Assembly: GCA_001766815.1 (NCBI GenBank)
Contig: LYOS01000004.1
Span: 10,723-42,722, forward strand
Direction of reading: 5' to 3'
DNA from: Candidatus Syntropharchaeum caldarium
GTDB taxonomy: Archaea; Halobacteriota; Syntropharchaeia; Syntropharchaeales; Syntropharchaeaceae
DNA: 32,000 nucleotides
The notes under the pieces were generated by a model that saw nothing but the letters and a program-made list of their open reading frames with translations, had not been told where the DNA came from and did no database searches. The translations under genes were made by a program, and so were the position numbers. Below, piece after piece: positions 18,309-26,808 of the stretch. Positions within the stretch are counted from its first letter, which is position 1. Each line of letters begins with the position of its first letter.

Positions 18309-19235
18309 ATGCTCAGAGTGCGCTTTCTTGGAACGGGCGGGTCATTTCCCACACCCACCAGGAATACATCTTCGATACTCTTCAATCGAGAAGGTGAACT
18401 TCTCCTCTTTGACTGTGGGGAAGGTACACAGCGGCAGATGATGCGTACAAAGAGCGGTATGGGAAGTTTAAAATCTGTTTTTCTCACTCACCTTCATGCA
18501 GATCATTTTCTTGGGTTGCCGGGTGTTATACAGACACTATCGTTCCAGAAGAGGACAGAAGAACTCACAATTTTTGGGACAGAAGGAACAGAAGAACTTA
18601 TGGAACATATAATGGCACTTGGGAAGTTTAAACCACGTTTTGAAGTGCGGGTAAAGGAGTTATCCCCTGGAGATGTAATCAAGCGATCCGGCTATAAAAT
18701 TCGGGTGATCAGGACTGAGCATAGCATCCCCAGTATCGGGTACGTCCTTGAGGAGGATGTAAGGCCTGGAAAGTTTGACAGAGAACGGGCGATCGAGCTT
18801 GGTGTGCCACCAGGTCCGCTATTTTCAAAGCTCCATCATGGTGAGTCAGTGACAGTCAATGGGAGAGAGATAAGGTCAGAAGAGGTTGTTGGGCCACCAA
18901 GACCCGGCAGAAAGGTTGTTTACACAGGAGATACGCGCCCGTGCAGGTCGGTTATCGAGGCTGCAAAAGGTGCAGATCTTTTAATACATGACTCAACAAT
19001 GGGAGCTGAGCTTGCAGACTGGGCAGTAAATTACCGACACTCGACTGCACTTGAGGCGGCAGAGGTTGCAAAGGAGGCAGGAGTTGCCCGGCTTCTTCTC
19101 ACACACATTAGCCCCCGTTACTCAAATAGCGCAAAGCGCCTCCTCGATGATGCAAAAAAGGTCTTTGAAAACGTGACCATCGCAGAGGATCTCATGGAGA
19201 TCGAGGTGAAATATAGAGATAAAAAAGAACACTGA
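18309..19235 (+). CDS. rnz: Ribonuclease Z (tRNA 3' endonuclease)
   Basis: MLRVRFLGTGGSFPT, LLFDCGEGTQRQM and the metallo-beta-lactamase motif LTHLHADH. The 308-aa length matches the short form of RNase Z. Confidence 0.92.
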   Translation: MLRVRFLGTGGSFPTPTRNTSSILFNREGELLLFDCGEGTQRQMMRTKSGMGSLKSVFLTHLHADHFLGLPGVIQTLSFQKRTEELTIFGTEGTEELMEHIMALGKFKPRFEVRVKELSPGDVIKRSGYKIRVIRTEHSIPSIGYVLEEDVRPGKFDRERAIELGVPPGPLFSKLHHGESVTVNGREIRSEEVVGPPRPGRKVVYTGDTRPCRSVIEAAKGADLLIHDSTMGAELADWAVNYRHSTALEAAEVAKEAGVARLLLTHISPRYSNSAKRLLDDAKKVFENVTIAEDLMEIEVKYRDKKEH

Positions 19236-19364
19236 CCGAGTAATATCTGGAAAGTATTTACGGACAAGGTGGTATTTCACACAACACAATTATTAGATTC
19301 AAGTCTCTCGCTGACCGCGTAACAATCACAATCTTTATTTGAGGTGAGGGGAAAGTAATAACTA

Positions 19365-20111
19365 ATGAACAGTATTGAACAGGCACACCTCATCATCAAA
19401 GGAAGGGTACAGAAGGCAGGTTATCGTGATCATATCGATGAGATGGCGTTCAATCTTGATCTTACAGGTTATGTGAAGAATCTTCCCGATGGATCGGTTG
19501 AGGTTGTCTGTGAAGGAGAGCGAGAGAAGATCGAGCAGTTTATCGATCTGATCTGGATAAAACAGTATCCAATCTCGGTTGAGGATATAGAGGTGGATTA
19601 TTCAGATGCAACAGGTGAATTCAGAGACTTTGAGATCATAAGAGAAGAGGATCTAACTGAAGCAGTCTATGAACGAATGGATACCGCTGCCAGGTATATG
19701 CGCGAGATGAACAGGAATCTTGGTGAGAAGATCGATAAAGTCGGGGAGAAGGTTGATGCAGGAAGGGAAGAGAACAAACAGGGATTTTCGATGCTTGGTG
19801 AGAAGATCGATGGAGTTGCCAAGAAAGTTGACATAGTTGGAGATAAAGTTGATAAAGTTGCTGAGAAGGTTGATATAGTTGCCGAGAAGGTTGACATAGT
19901 TGGAGATAAAGTTGATAAAGTTGCTGAGAAAGTTGACATAGTTGGAGATAAAGTTGATAAAGTTGCCGAGAAGGTCGGTACCGTCAAAGAGGATACGGGG
20001 GAGATACGACGTTCTCTGCATACACTCGAAGATCACATGCTGAAGTATGAAGAGTTACGTCGGGATATTCTTGAGATAAAGCAGGCTTTGAAGGAGAAGG
20101 GGATTGTTTAA
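19365..20111 (+). CDS. Acylphosphatase-like domain fused to a heptad-repeat coiled-coil tail
   Basis: The N-terminal ~90 aa match the acylphosphatase fold signature (IKGRVQKAGYRD ... TGYVKNLPDGSVEVVCEG). The C-terminal half consists of VxxKVDx heptads. Confidence 0.75.
   Translation: MNSIEQAHLIIKGRVQKAGYRDHIDEMAFNLDLTGYVKNLPDGSVEVVCEGEREKIEQFIDLIWIKQYPISVEDIEVDYSDATGEFRDFEIIREEDLTEAVYERMDTAARYMREMNRNLGEKIDKVGEKVDAGREENKQGFSMLGEKIDGVAKKVDIVGDKVDKVAEKVDIVAEKVDIVGDKVDKVAEKVDIVGDKVDKVAEKVGTVKEDTGEIRRSLHTLEDHMLKYEELRRDILEIKQALKEKGIV
19815..19982 (+). repeat. Tandem array of eight 21-bp units (42-bp higher-order unit) inside the CDS
   Basis: gttgccaagaaagttgacata / gttggagataaagttgataaa / gttgctgagaaggttgatata / gttgccgagaaggttgacata / gttggagataaagttgataaa / gttgctgagaaagttgacata / gttggagataaagttgataaa / gttgccgagaaggtcggtacc. 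The units are codon-aligned and encode VAKKVDI VGDKVDK VAEKVDI and so on. Degenerate copies extend upstream to about 19725. Confidence 0.95.
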
Positions 20112-20112
20112 A

Positions 20113-20166
20113 GTGCAGAAGGCAGGTTATCGTGATAAAACCGATAGAGTTGCTGAGAAAGTGTAA
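20113..20166 (+). other. Miniature ghost copy of the upstream gene (5' motif + repeat motif + stop)
   Basis: 20113-20136 (gtgcagaaggcaggttatcgtgat) matches 19407-19430 at 23 of 24 nt. 20149-20162 (gttgctgagaaagt) matches repeat unit 19920-19933. Read as GTG..TAA it encodes VQKAGYRDKTDRVAEKV. Confidence 0.6.
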
Positions 20167-20234
20167 AGTCGACGACAGGACCGATTGTCAGGGATGATAC
20201 AACCGCAATCTGCACCAGAGAAAGAGGTTAGGGG

Positions 20235-21800
20235 TTATCTGGATCTTCTCTGTCGCACAAAATATCCTGCGAATATTATCCCTATAACAACCCAGAGCGG
20301 GTGCACCGCTGGCATGATCGCAGGATCTGTTGTGATCTCAAAGTAAGCCGATTTCTCATCACGTTTTCCGCTGATTAAATCCTCCACCGTAACCAGTACG
20401 CTGTATCTACCCTTCCCAAGCCAGGATGTATCATAGCTTGATGACGCCCAGACCCTCTCAGGCGGCGACTCACTTATCTCATGAAACTCATCCGCTTCCA
20501 CACTGTGAAATACACTCTCACCCGTCTCATCGAGGATATCGATCGAGTGCTTGAGCCAGACCTCGTGTCCGCTTTCTGCACTTTGAACAGCAAAGTTTGC
20601 GATCTCATAATAAATCAGGATCGTATCACCAGAGGCATACCGTGTATCTGCTCGCTCGATGAAGTCCCCATCTTCACTTATCTCCTCACAGAATGCAAGC
20701 CGATCGATACTGACGCTCTCACGCAGATCCCTGAAGTTTGCTGAGACGTCGATCACATAAACCGTACTGCAGCCCTTGTATCCAAGATCACTCCCGCCTG
20801 CATAGATACTTTTTGTTGCATCAAGCACCATCCACGCCCCGTACTCATCATTGATAAAATAGACCGGAACCGCTGTGTTATAGTAAGCTCGCACAGCATC
20901 CTGAACCTCATCAGACCCTGACACATCACCTACAAAGACACCTGCAAACATGTGATCATCGGTGAGATAGACCCTGCTTGTCCCTCCGATCGCCTCAATC
21001 ATCGCTGCAAGCAGTATTGCATGGTTATCGCAGTCACCCCCACCTGCAAGAATCGTCTCAGCAGGCGTCTGCCAGTACTCCGCATCGGGTGGGTCTGAGA
21101 CGTACTCGATCTGTTCTGATACGCGATCAAAGATCGAGCAGACCTGGTAGATGTTATACTCGCCGGGAAAAGTCTTTACAGCAGAGATGGCTTCACTGCG
21201 AAGCAAAGATCCAAGCGGGAAGATCAGATCGTTCACCTTATCAAACCTCATCCCACGATCACGCACGTAATCTGGATCACCATTCGGCGTGCTCCCTTCG
21301 ATTGTGAGCGTCATCGGATCAAGATAGATCGTCTTGTAATCATACCACCGCCCCCCACTCTTTGCAAGCAGTGATACACCGATTCTGACCGTAACCGCAT
21401 CAACATCCCCGATATATGTTGTTGCCATCCCAAGATATCGCTCCTCTCCCGGATGTACCGTAACACCCGTATCTTCAAGCCCACCTGGCTTTAAGCCATA
21501 CTCATAGATGAACAGATCATTATCGCCTTTATTCTCGAGGTAGATCTTTACAACACCTTTGGAATTTGCACGAAATACCCGATACTCAACCCTTGTGTAG
21601 ATATTGTACCCGGGTTCATGGGTTGAGGTTGCTTCAGGTTTATTCTCGAAACTCTTCTCGTATGGTGGGATTGCAGGCTCAACCGGTGATATATCCGCCG
21701 ATACGACAGGTATGATCAGGATCTGGATGAGGAGCAGGGCAATTGGTATGAAACTACTCAAAGCTCGCAACGAGTTGATCCTTAATCTTTCTGATCGCAT
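20235..21800 (-). CDS. Secreted, C-terminally anchored transglutaminase-like (Cys-His-Asp) protein
   Basis: Signal-like IPIALLLIQILIIPVVSA. Transglutaminase core GGGDCDNHAILLAAMIEAIGG (Cys), DDHMFAGVFV (His), WMVLDAT (Asp). C-terminal TM LWVVIGIIFAGYF followed by RQRRSR. The start is uncertain: the ATG at 21800 overlaps cooC by 47 nt, and TTG alternatives lie at about 21770/21761. Confidence 0.75.
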   Translation of the reverse strand: MRSERLRINSLRALSSFIPIALLLIQILIIPVVSADISPVEPAIPPYEKSFENKPEATSTHEPGYNIYTRVEYRVFRANSKGVVKIYLENKGDNDLFIYEYGLKPGGLEDTGVTVHPGEERYLGMATTYIGDVDAVTVRIGVSLLAKSGGRWYDYKTIYLDPMTLTIEGSTPNGDPDYVRDRGMRFDKVNDLIFPLGSLLRSEAISAVKTFPGEYNIYQVCSIFDRVSEQIEYVSDPPDAEYWQTPAETILAGGGDCDNHAILLAAMIEAIGGTSRVYLTDDHMFAGVFVGDVSGSDEVQDAVRAYYNTAVPVYFINDEYGAWMVLDATKSIYAGGSDLGYKGCSTVYVIDVSANFRDLRESVSIDRLAFCEEISEDGDFIERADTRYASGDTILIYYEIANFAVQSAESGHEVWLKHSIDILDETGESVFHSVEADEFHEISESPPERVWASSSYDTSWLGKGRYSVLVTVEDLISGKRDEKSAYFEITTDPAIMPAVHPLWVVIGIIFAGYFVRQRRSR

Positions 21801-22506
21801 CTATCGCGTCTCCCTCTGCATCAAGCACCGATGTGCCATCGAGATCCGCTCGTACAAAGTTCCTATCATACGGAATAGAACCAAGAATGGTGAGCCCCAT
21901 TGCTTCGATTTTTTCGCTGATAACTTCACTCCCGCCCACATCTTTGTTTATCACAACAGCGATATTTTTGATCCCGATATCACCTGCAAGTTTATTAATC
22001 CGTCTCAGCGTCTCAACAGATCGCATTCCAGGCTCAACAACAACGATCATAAGATCCACATTCCTGGTTGTCCCTCTGCCAAGATGTTCGATTCCTGCTT
22101 CCATATCGAGTATCACATACTGCTCCTTGAAGGTGATATGTCGCAGGAGTGCTCGTAAAAACGCAGAAGCTGGGCATATACATCCGCTACCACCCGTCTC
22201 GATCGTCCCCATCGTCAAGAGCCTTACACCATCTTCATTGCGAAGCCCATAGGTATCGAGTATATCGCTCACCTTTGGATTCAGCTTGAAGATCCCGCCT
22301 GGCTCACCTGCACGCTCTGCGATCAAATCTTCAAGTGTTGAAATTGGTGTTGGATTTTCAGTAATACCTAACGCTGATGCAAGGTTCATATCAGGGTCTG
22401 CATCGATCGCCACAACATCTCTCCCCTCCTGTGCAAGCAATCTCGCAAGCGTACCTGCCAGGGTTGTCTTTCCAACTCCACCTTTTCCTGTAATCGCTAC
22501 CTTCAT
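21754..22506 (-). CDS. cooC: CooC-type Ni-insertion ATPase (CO dehydrogenase maturation factor, MinD/ParA-like)
   Basis: Deviant Walker A MKVAITGKGGVGKTT, AIDADPD, and the CxC metal-binding motif GGSGCICPASAF. The 250-aa size is typical. Confidence 0.85.
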   Translation of the reverse strand: MKVAITGKGGVGKTTLAGTLARLLAQEGRDVVAIDADPDMNLASALGITENPTPISTLEDLIAERAGEPGGIFKLNPKVSDILDTYGLRNEDGVRLLTMGTIETGGSGCICPASAFLRALLRHITFKEQYVILDMEAGIEHLGRGTTRNVDLMIVVVEPGMRSVETLRRINKLAGDIGIKNIAVVINKDVGGSEVISEKIEAMGLTILGSIPYDRNFVRADLDGTSVLDAEGDAIDAIRKIKDQLVASFE

Positions 22507-22770
22507 ACGTTAAACATGTAGATGGATAGATAAAAATGAAATGGCGGCGTTGATCATCCAGAGGATGTGCCATGATAAAACTTGTGTAAAATGTATAAGA
22601 ATAAAATAGTCAGTCAACCAACGATTAATTTCGATAAATTTTTGACAGAGATTAACCTCAAGGTCATACACTCAAAACAATACTATACTGTTCCAGCGAG
22701 TAAAGCCTGCCATGCCTGCCAGAACTCTGGTGAAATCAATCGTGAATTTGTCTCCATGAGATCTGACCTA

Positions 22771-23583
22771 TCATCGATTGAAGACGACGTACTCGTTGTA
22801 AAGACTCACATAAACATCTTCAATCGAGATGCCTGCAAGATATGGCTCATACTCAAGCAGGTCAAGTTTATCCTTTGAAACATGAGCTTTCAAGAGGGAT
22901 CGAATCGCACGCATCACCTGCTGCATCAACCCTTCATCCTCCTCTTTCTCACGGATGCTTCTGAATTTTGACTTATCAACACCTTTCTTTGGCGTCACAA
23001 GAAGCTCAACGAGGTCTCCTGTATCAAAATCAAATACAATATCTTTGACGACCCCGATGATCTCCCCATCGGTAGATACAACCTTCTGATTGATGATCCG
23101 CTTTGTAAATGATCTTGGCTTCTTCATCTGTTTCTGGTAAATGGATACAAATTTTCTTATCTGGTCCTCGCGTCTTCTAAACTCTCCAACATCAACGCCG
23201 ACCAGGCTTCCAATCTGTTCGATATCAATGATATCGCCGAGTTTGAGATCATCTGATGTGTTGCAGAGTCTTGCAGTAACAAGTGCCTGCGTGTATGCGA
23301 ATGGATAATCGTCTGCAAATTCCCGATGTACTTCCTCTGCTCCTTTGCTGTATGGGGTGAGGAGGTAATCTTTCACCACCATTCGCACATCCTCCATGAT
23401 CAGATGCTGGATCCCATCCAAACTCCTGTAAGCACCCTTTATCCACGCTGCCTGAACTGCAAGTGGCATATAGTGTTCTATCGCCGCCATATCAACAGGT
23501 TCCATCAGGATATTCCATGGAAAAAACCGTGAGTTTGAGTATGAAACAACTTTGTCGACGGTTACATTTGTCATAACTTCCAT
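22771..23583 (-). CDS. Uncharacterised protein with central PRC-barrel-like domain
   Basis: 270-aa ORF. VVSTDGEIIGVVKDIVFDFDTGDLVELLV is a typical PRC-barrel signature. The N-terminal ~170 aa and the C-terminal helical/beta tail are not recognisable. The ATG at 23583 overlaps the upstream gene by 13 nt, and the alternative ATG at 23574 gives an ATGA overlap. Confidence 0.65.
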   Translation of the reverse strand: MEVMTNVTVDKVVSYSNSRFFPWNILMEPVDMAAIEHYMPLAVQAAWIKGAYRSLDGIQHLIMEDVRMVVKDYLLTPYSKGAEEVHREFADDYPFAYTQALVTARLCNTSDDLKLGDIIDIEQIGSLVGVDVGEFRRREDQIRKFVSIYQKQMKKPRSFTKRIINQKVVSTDGEIIGVVKDIVFDFDTGDLVELLVTPKKGVDKSKFRSIREKEEDEGLMQQVMRAIRSLLKAHVSKDKLDLLEYEPYLAGISIEDVYVSLYNEYVVFNR

Positions 23584-24614
23584 TTTCCACCCCTCAGGCC
23601 ATCTTTTTTATCTTTATCCCTCCTGCCAAAACCCCTGAAGGATTTTAGCTTACCAAACGAGCGTTGTTTCTTCTCAGGTTCTGGCTCAATTCTCGTATGA
23701 TCATGCTTGCACAGCTCCCACATCCACCTTCCAAACTCAGTTGCGCTGTAAATACCACCATCTGTGCGTTCAATCAACCGAATCTCCCATAAGTCATCTG
23801 AGAGCATCTTCTCAAGCTCTTTATCGAGTTTTTCGTCATATATGTCTCTTACAAGCTCCTGGTATTCCTGATCAACCCTGTGGCATCGATCCTGAATTTC
23901 ATCGAGCGTCAGACCTTTTTTGCTATTTACAATCACTTCAAAGGCGCTGTATGCAAAATCCTGCTCTGCCAGGAGTGCCCATGCATTATCAAACCGATTA
24001 TTAAGCCCGAGTTTTTTCTTTGCAGATTCCTGCATCAACGTCGTAATATTGTTCAGAATCATGAGCGATTTGATCTCGTCTGCTTCTGCATCCCTGATCT
24101 CGATCCCCTTTGTGGAGATGATCGCATCATCAAACTCGATGGTCTCATCCGCTTTGCCAAACAGAATTTCGTTGATCGCTTTGAAGTATTTATCCTGAAT
24201 GGGTCCTTCACCAGCGTCATAAGGATATATGTTTCCTTTTTTTGGCTCAAGGTTAGGAGCAAAGTCTTTTGTGATGTTGAGCAGATCTTCGATCACCCTT
24301 TCCATTCGATTGCTCGCTTCATTTACCCCTATCACCTCCCCTCTGAGTTGATTTGCTCGCTTCTCAAGATCATCCCGTAATTTTCCACCGATGCCTTTAT
24401 CGAGGAGTTTCTCAATCTCATCAAGTTCCTGTTCTTTTGACTTTCCACTCGCTCCTGTCAGTGCCTTTATCCTCCAGTACTCATCTGCTGAAGAATTTGC
24501 ACGTTTATTGAATATTGGTATTGCCACAGGTGAGATCCCCACTTTTAATTTGTCCCATGAATGCCATCTTATATAATGGCTCCGATGATAAAAGGTTTGT
24601 GCCGGAGGAATCAC
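23571..24614 (-). CDS. Uncharacterised protein: charged helical N-terminal half, winged-helix-like segment, basic C-terminal tail
   Basis: The 347-aa ORF begins at a GTG that abuts the cofE start, so the real start is probably further in (for example the GTG at 24542). The winged-helix call rests on AFEVIVNSKKGLTLDEIQDR ... LWEIRLIERTDGGIYSATEFG. The tail is KKQRSFGKLKSFRGFGRRDKDKK. Confidence 0.55.
   Translation of the reverse strand: MIPPAQTFYHRSHYIRWHSWDKLKVGISPVAIPIFNKRANSSADEYWRIKALTGASGKSKEQELDEIEKLLDKGIGGKLRDDLEKRANQLRGEVIGVNEASNRMERVIEDLLNITKDFAPNLEPKKGNIYPYDAGEGPIQDKYFKAINEILFGKADETIEFDDAIISTKGIEIRDAEADEIKSLMILNNITTLMQESAKKKLGLNNRFDNAWALLAEQDFAYSAFEVIVNSKKGLTLDEIQDRCHRVDQEYQELVRDIYDEKLDKELEKMLSDDLWEIRLIERTDGGIYSATEFGRWMWELCKHDHTRIEPEPEKKQRSFGKLKSFRGFGRRDKDKKDGLRGGKWKL
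24569..24576. promoter_or_regulatory. Palindromic TATA box TTATATAA upstream of cofE (and of the divergent gene)
   Basis: CTTATATAA lies about 40 nt upstream of the cofE ATG (24617), with SD GGAGG at 24604-24608. The same 9-mer occurs at the other divergent gap (16207-16215). Confidence 0.4.
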
Positions 24615-24616
24615 AG

Positions 24617-25381
24617 ATGAGGATTGAAGCGTTCACGATTGACGGTCTTCCGCTTGTAGGTGAAGGAGACGATCTTGCTGGTATGATACTTGATAGGGTT
24701 GATTTCGAGAATTATGATATTCTCGCCATCGCATCAACCGTGGTCTCAAAGGTAGAAGGGAGGGTGCGTGAAATATCCGAGATCACACCCTCAGATGAAG
24801 CCCAGAGAATCGCTCAAAAGCTCGATGAAGATCCCCGATTTGTCGAAGCTGTGCTTGATGAGTGCGAGGAGGTACTGATCGAAGCTCCTTTCATGCTTGT
24901 TCGGAGACGTGGAGGGCATGTCTGCGTAAGTGCAGGAATCGATCGATCGAATATCGAGGAAGGAAAACTCCTGATGCTCCCCAAAAACCCATCACAAACT
25001 GCAGCAGCGATTAGATCAAGAATATTTGAAGAGACCGGGAAAAAAGTTACGGTTTTAATCACAGATACGAATGGTAGGGCATTCAGGGTTGGACAAACAG
25101 GTATTGCTATCGGTGCATCGGGTATGAGGCCGCTTTTGAACTGGGTTGGGCGTTTTGATCTATTTGGGAACGTACTTACGGTCACAAATGAAGCGATAAT
25201 TGATGAGATTGCTGGTTTTGCAAATCTTTTGATGGGTGAGGGTGATGGCGGTACACCTGCAGTGGTAATTCGGGGACTCAGGGTTTTTGAGGATGTCGAT
25301 GTCTTTTCGGATATTATAAGGGATGAGAACGAGGATGTGATAATTGCTGCACTGAGGCAGATGAAATCGAGGGATACTTGA
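24617..25381 (+). CDS. cofE: Coenzyme F420-0:L-glutamate ligase
   Basis: ORF trimmed to MRIEAFTIDGLPLV (the ATG with the GGAGG SD). IASTVVSKVEGR, GHVCVSAGIDRSN and ITDTNGRAFRVGQTGIAIG are CofE hallmarks, and the ~254-aa length fits. Confidence 0.9.
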   Translation: MRIEAFTIDGLPLVGEGDDLAGMILDRVDFENYDILAIASTVVSKVEGRVREISEITPSDEAQRIAQKLDEDPRFVEAVLDECEEVLIEAPFMLVRRRGGHVCVSAGIDRSNIEEGKLLMLPKNPSQTAAAIRSRIFEETGKKVTVLITDTNGRAFRVGQTGIAIGASGMRPLLNWVGRFDLFGNVLTVTNEAIIDEIAGFANLLMGEGDGGTPAVVIRGLRVFEDVDVFSDIIRDENEDVIIAALRQMKSRDT

Positions 25382-25415
25382 AAACTTATATATCCTTCAG
25401 TAACATCATCTTAAG

Positions 25416-26804
25416 ATGGGGAACATGATGAAATCACACATATTCAGGGCTTACGATATACGAGGCCTTCTTGGAGAAGAGCTCACGCCAGAGGTGATGC
25501 TCAAGATCGGGCGAAGCCTTGCGGCACTTATGGATGACGAAGGGTTGGGGAATACGGTACTTTTGAGCTATGATGTACGCGGGTCAAGCCAGCTTCTATC
25601 AAATGCACTACTCGCAGGGCTTCTTGCTGGTGGAGTCGATGTAACCTGTACGGGCAGATCCTCGATAGGGCTTGCGGCGTTCTCAGGGTTGATGCTGAAG
25701 CGCGATGTTATGGCATATATCACCGCCTCTCATCTTCCACCAGAATGGAACGGAATCAAGTTTTATTCTGGAAAGGGGGTCGGTTTCCCTGCAGAGTACA
25801 ATATGCGAATCGGTGAGCTGGTTGCAGATGACGCAAATTTGATGAAGAGGTCTGCTACCTGGGATAAGGTTGGTGTGGCTGATACGATCTCGATGAAGGA
25901 GGAGTATATACGCTACTTTGAGTCAAGGTTTGATACCATGGAAGATGTTAAAGCGGTTGTTGACTGTGGAGGTGGTAGCATGAGCCTCATCGCACCGCAC
26001 GTCTTTGCCAAGCTCGGGATAAAGACATACTCGCTATTTTCAAACGTTGACCCAACATTCTCACACCGCCAGAGCGAGCCAACAGAAGAATCGCTCAAAA
26101 CCCTGATGAGCCACACAAAGAATCTCGATGTCGATTTTGGCGTTGCATTCGATGGAGATGGAGATAGAGGTGTAATCGTTGATGACAGAGGCAGGCTTTT
26201 AACCCCAGAGCAGACAGGGATAATTATCGCAAAGGATATGCTCCAGCAAAAGGGTAGTGGTGTGGTTATTGCAAATGTAGAATGCTCGCGGGCGATCGAG
26301 GATATACTTGTGCCACTCGGTGCGAAGGTCTCACGGATACCGGTTGGACATACCTACCTGACACTTGAAGCCGAGAGGCAGAATGCGATGCTTGGTATCG
26401 AGTCAAGCGGGCACATGGTGATGCCCGAGTACTTCCTCTTCGATGATGCAATTCTCATCCCATTTAAGATCGCAGAGATACTCTCAAGATCGGAAAGTAA
26501 GCTCTCAGAGATGGTGGACGAGATCCCCGTCTATCCTAAGGAACGGATTGATTTCATGTGTGATGATAATGTCAAGTTCACGGTCATCGATGCCCTGTCT
26601 GAATCATTCGCTGCGAAGTATGATGATGTGAGCACATTTGGTGGTATCAGGGTCGATCTGGAGGAGGGGTGGGTGCTTGTACGGGCATCAAACACGTCAC
26701 CGATGATCCGACTCACGGTTGAGACAAGGCGCAAGGAAGATATGAGAGTGATTGCTGAACCTTTCGCCAATGAGATCAGGGAAAAGATAAAAGAGGAGGT
26801 ATAA
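25416..26804 (+). CDS. Phosphohexomutase (phosphomannomutase/phosphoglucomutase/GlmM family)
   Basis: IFRAYDIRG, active-site loop [14 protein letters not shown], metal loop [16 protein letters not shown] and [11 protein letters not shown]. Confidence 0.9.
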   Translation: MGNMMKSHIFRAYDIRGLLGEELTPEVMLKIGRSLAALMDDEGLGNTVLLSYDVRGSSQLLSNALLAGLLAGGVDVTCTGRSSIGLAAFSGLMLKRDVMAYITASHLPPEWNGIKFYSGKGVGFPAEYNMRIGELVADDANLMKRSATWDKVGVADTISMKEEYIRYFESRFDTMEDVKAVVDCGGGSMSLIAPHVFAKLGIKTYSLFSNVDPTFSHRQSEPTEESLKTLMSHTKNLDVDFGVAFDGDGDRGVIVDDRGRLLTPEQTGIIIAKDMLQQKGSGVVIANVECSRAIEDILVPLGAKVSRIPVGHTYLTLEAERQNAMLGIESSGHMVMPEYFLFDDAILIPFKIAEILSRSESKLSEMVDEIPVYPKERIDFMCDDNVKFTVIDALSESFAAKYDDVSTFGGIRVDLEEGWVLVRASNTSPMIRLTVETRRKEDMRVIAEPFANEIREKIKEEV

Positions 26805-26808
26805 TTCA

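Noticed and set aside
19653-20036. Two long minus-strand ORFs (127 and 106 aa) across the heptad-repeat region
   Set aside because: They are an artefact of the 21-bp periodic repeat, which stays open in several frames. The plus-strand frame is continuous with a recognisable acylphosphatase-like domain.
21604-22252. 184-aa and 139-aa plus-strand ORFs antisense to cooC
   Set aside because: These are shadow ORFs inside a gene with clear CooC motifs. Their composition is Ser/Ile/Pro-rich and non-descript.
22582-22878. 98-aa plus-strand ORF in the cooC / PRC-barrel intergenic region
   Set aside because: It runs into the 3' end of the PRC-barrel gene on the opposite strand, is AT-rich and Lys/Ile/Asn-biased, and has no SD or motif. 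The 264-bp gap (22507-22770) more likely holds the cooC promoter and a terminator. I could not recognise an ncRNA fold in it.
24515-24616. 34-codon N-terminal extension of the cofE ORF
   Set aside because: The extension would remove any promoter space. It contains the TATA box and the GGAGG SD that serve the ATG at 24617.
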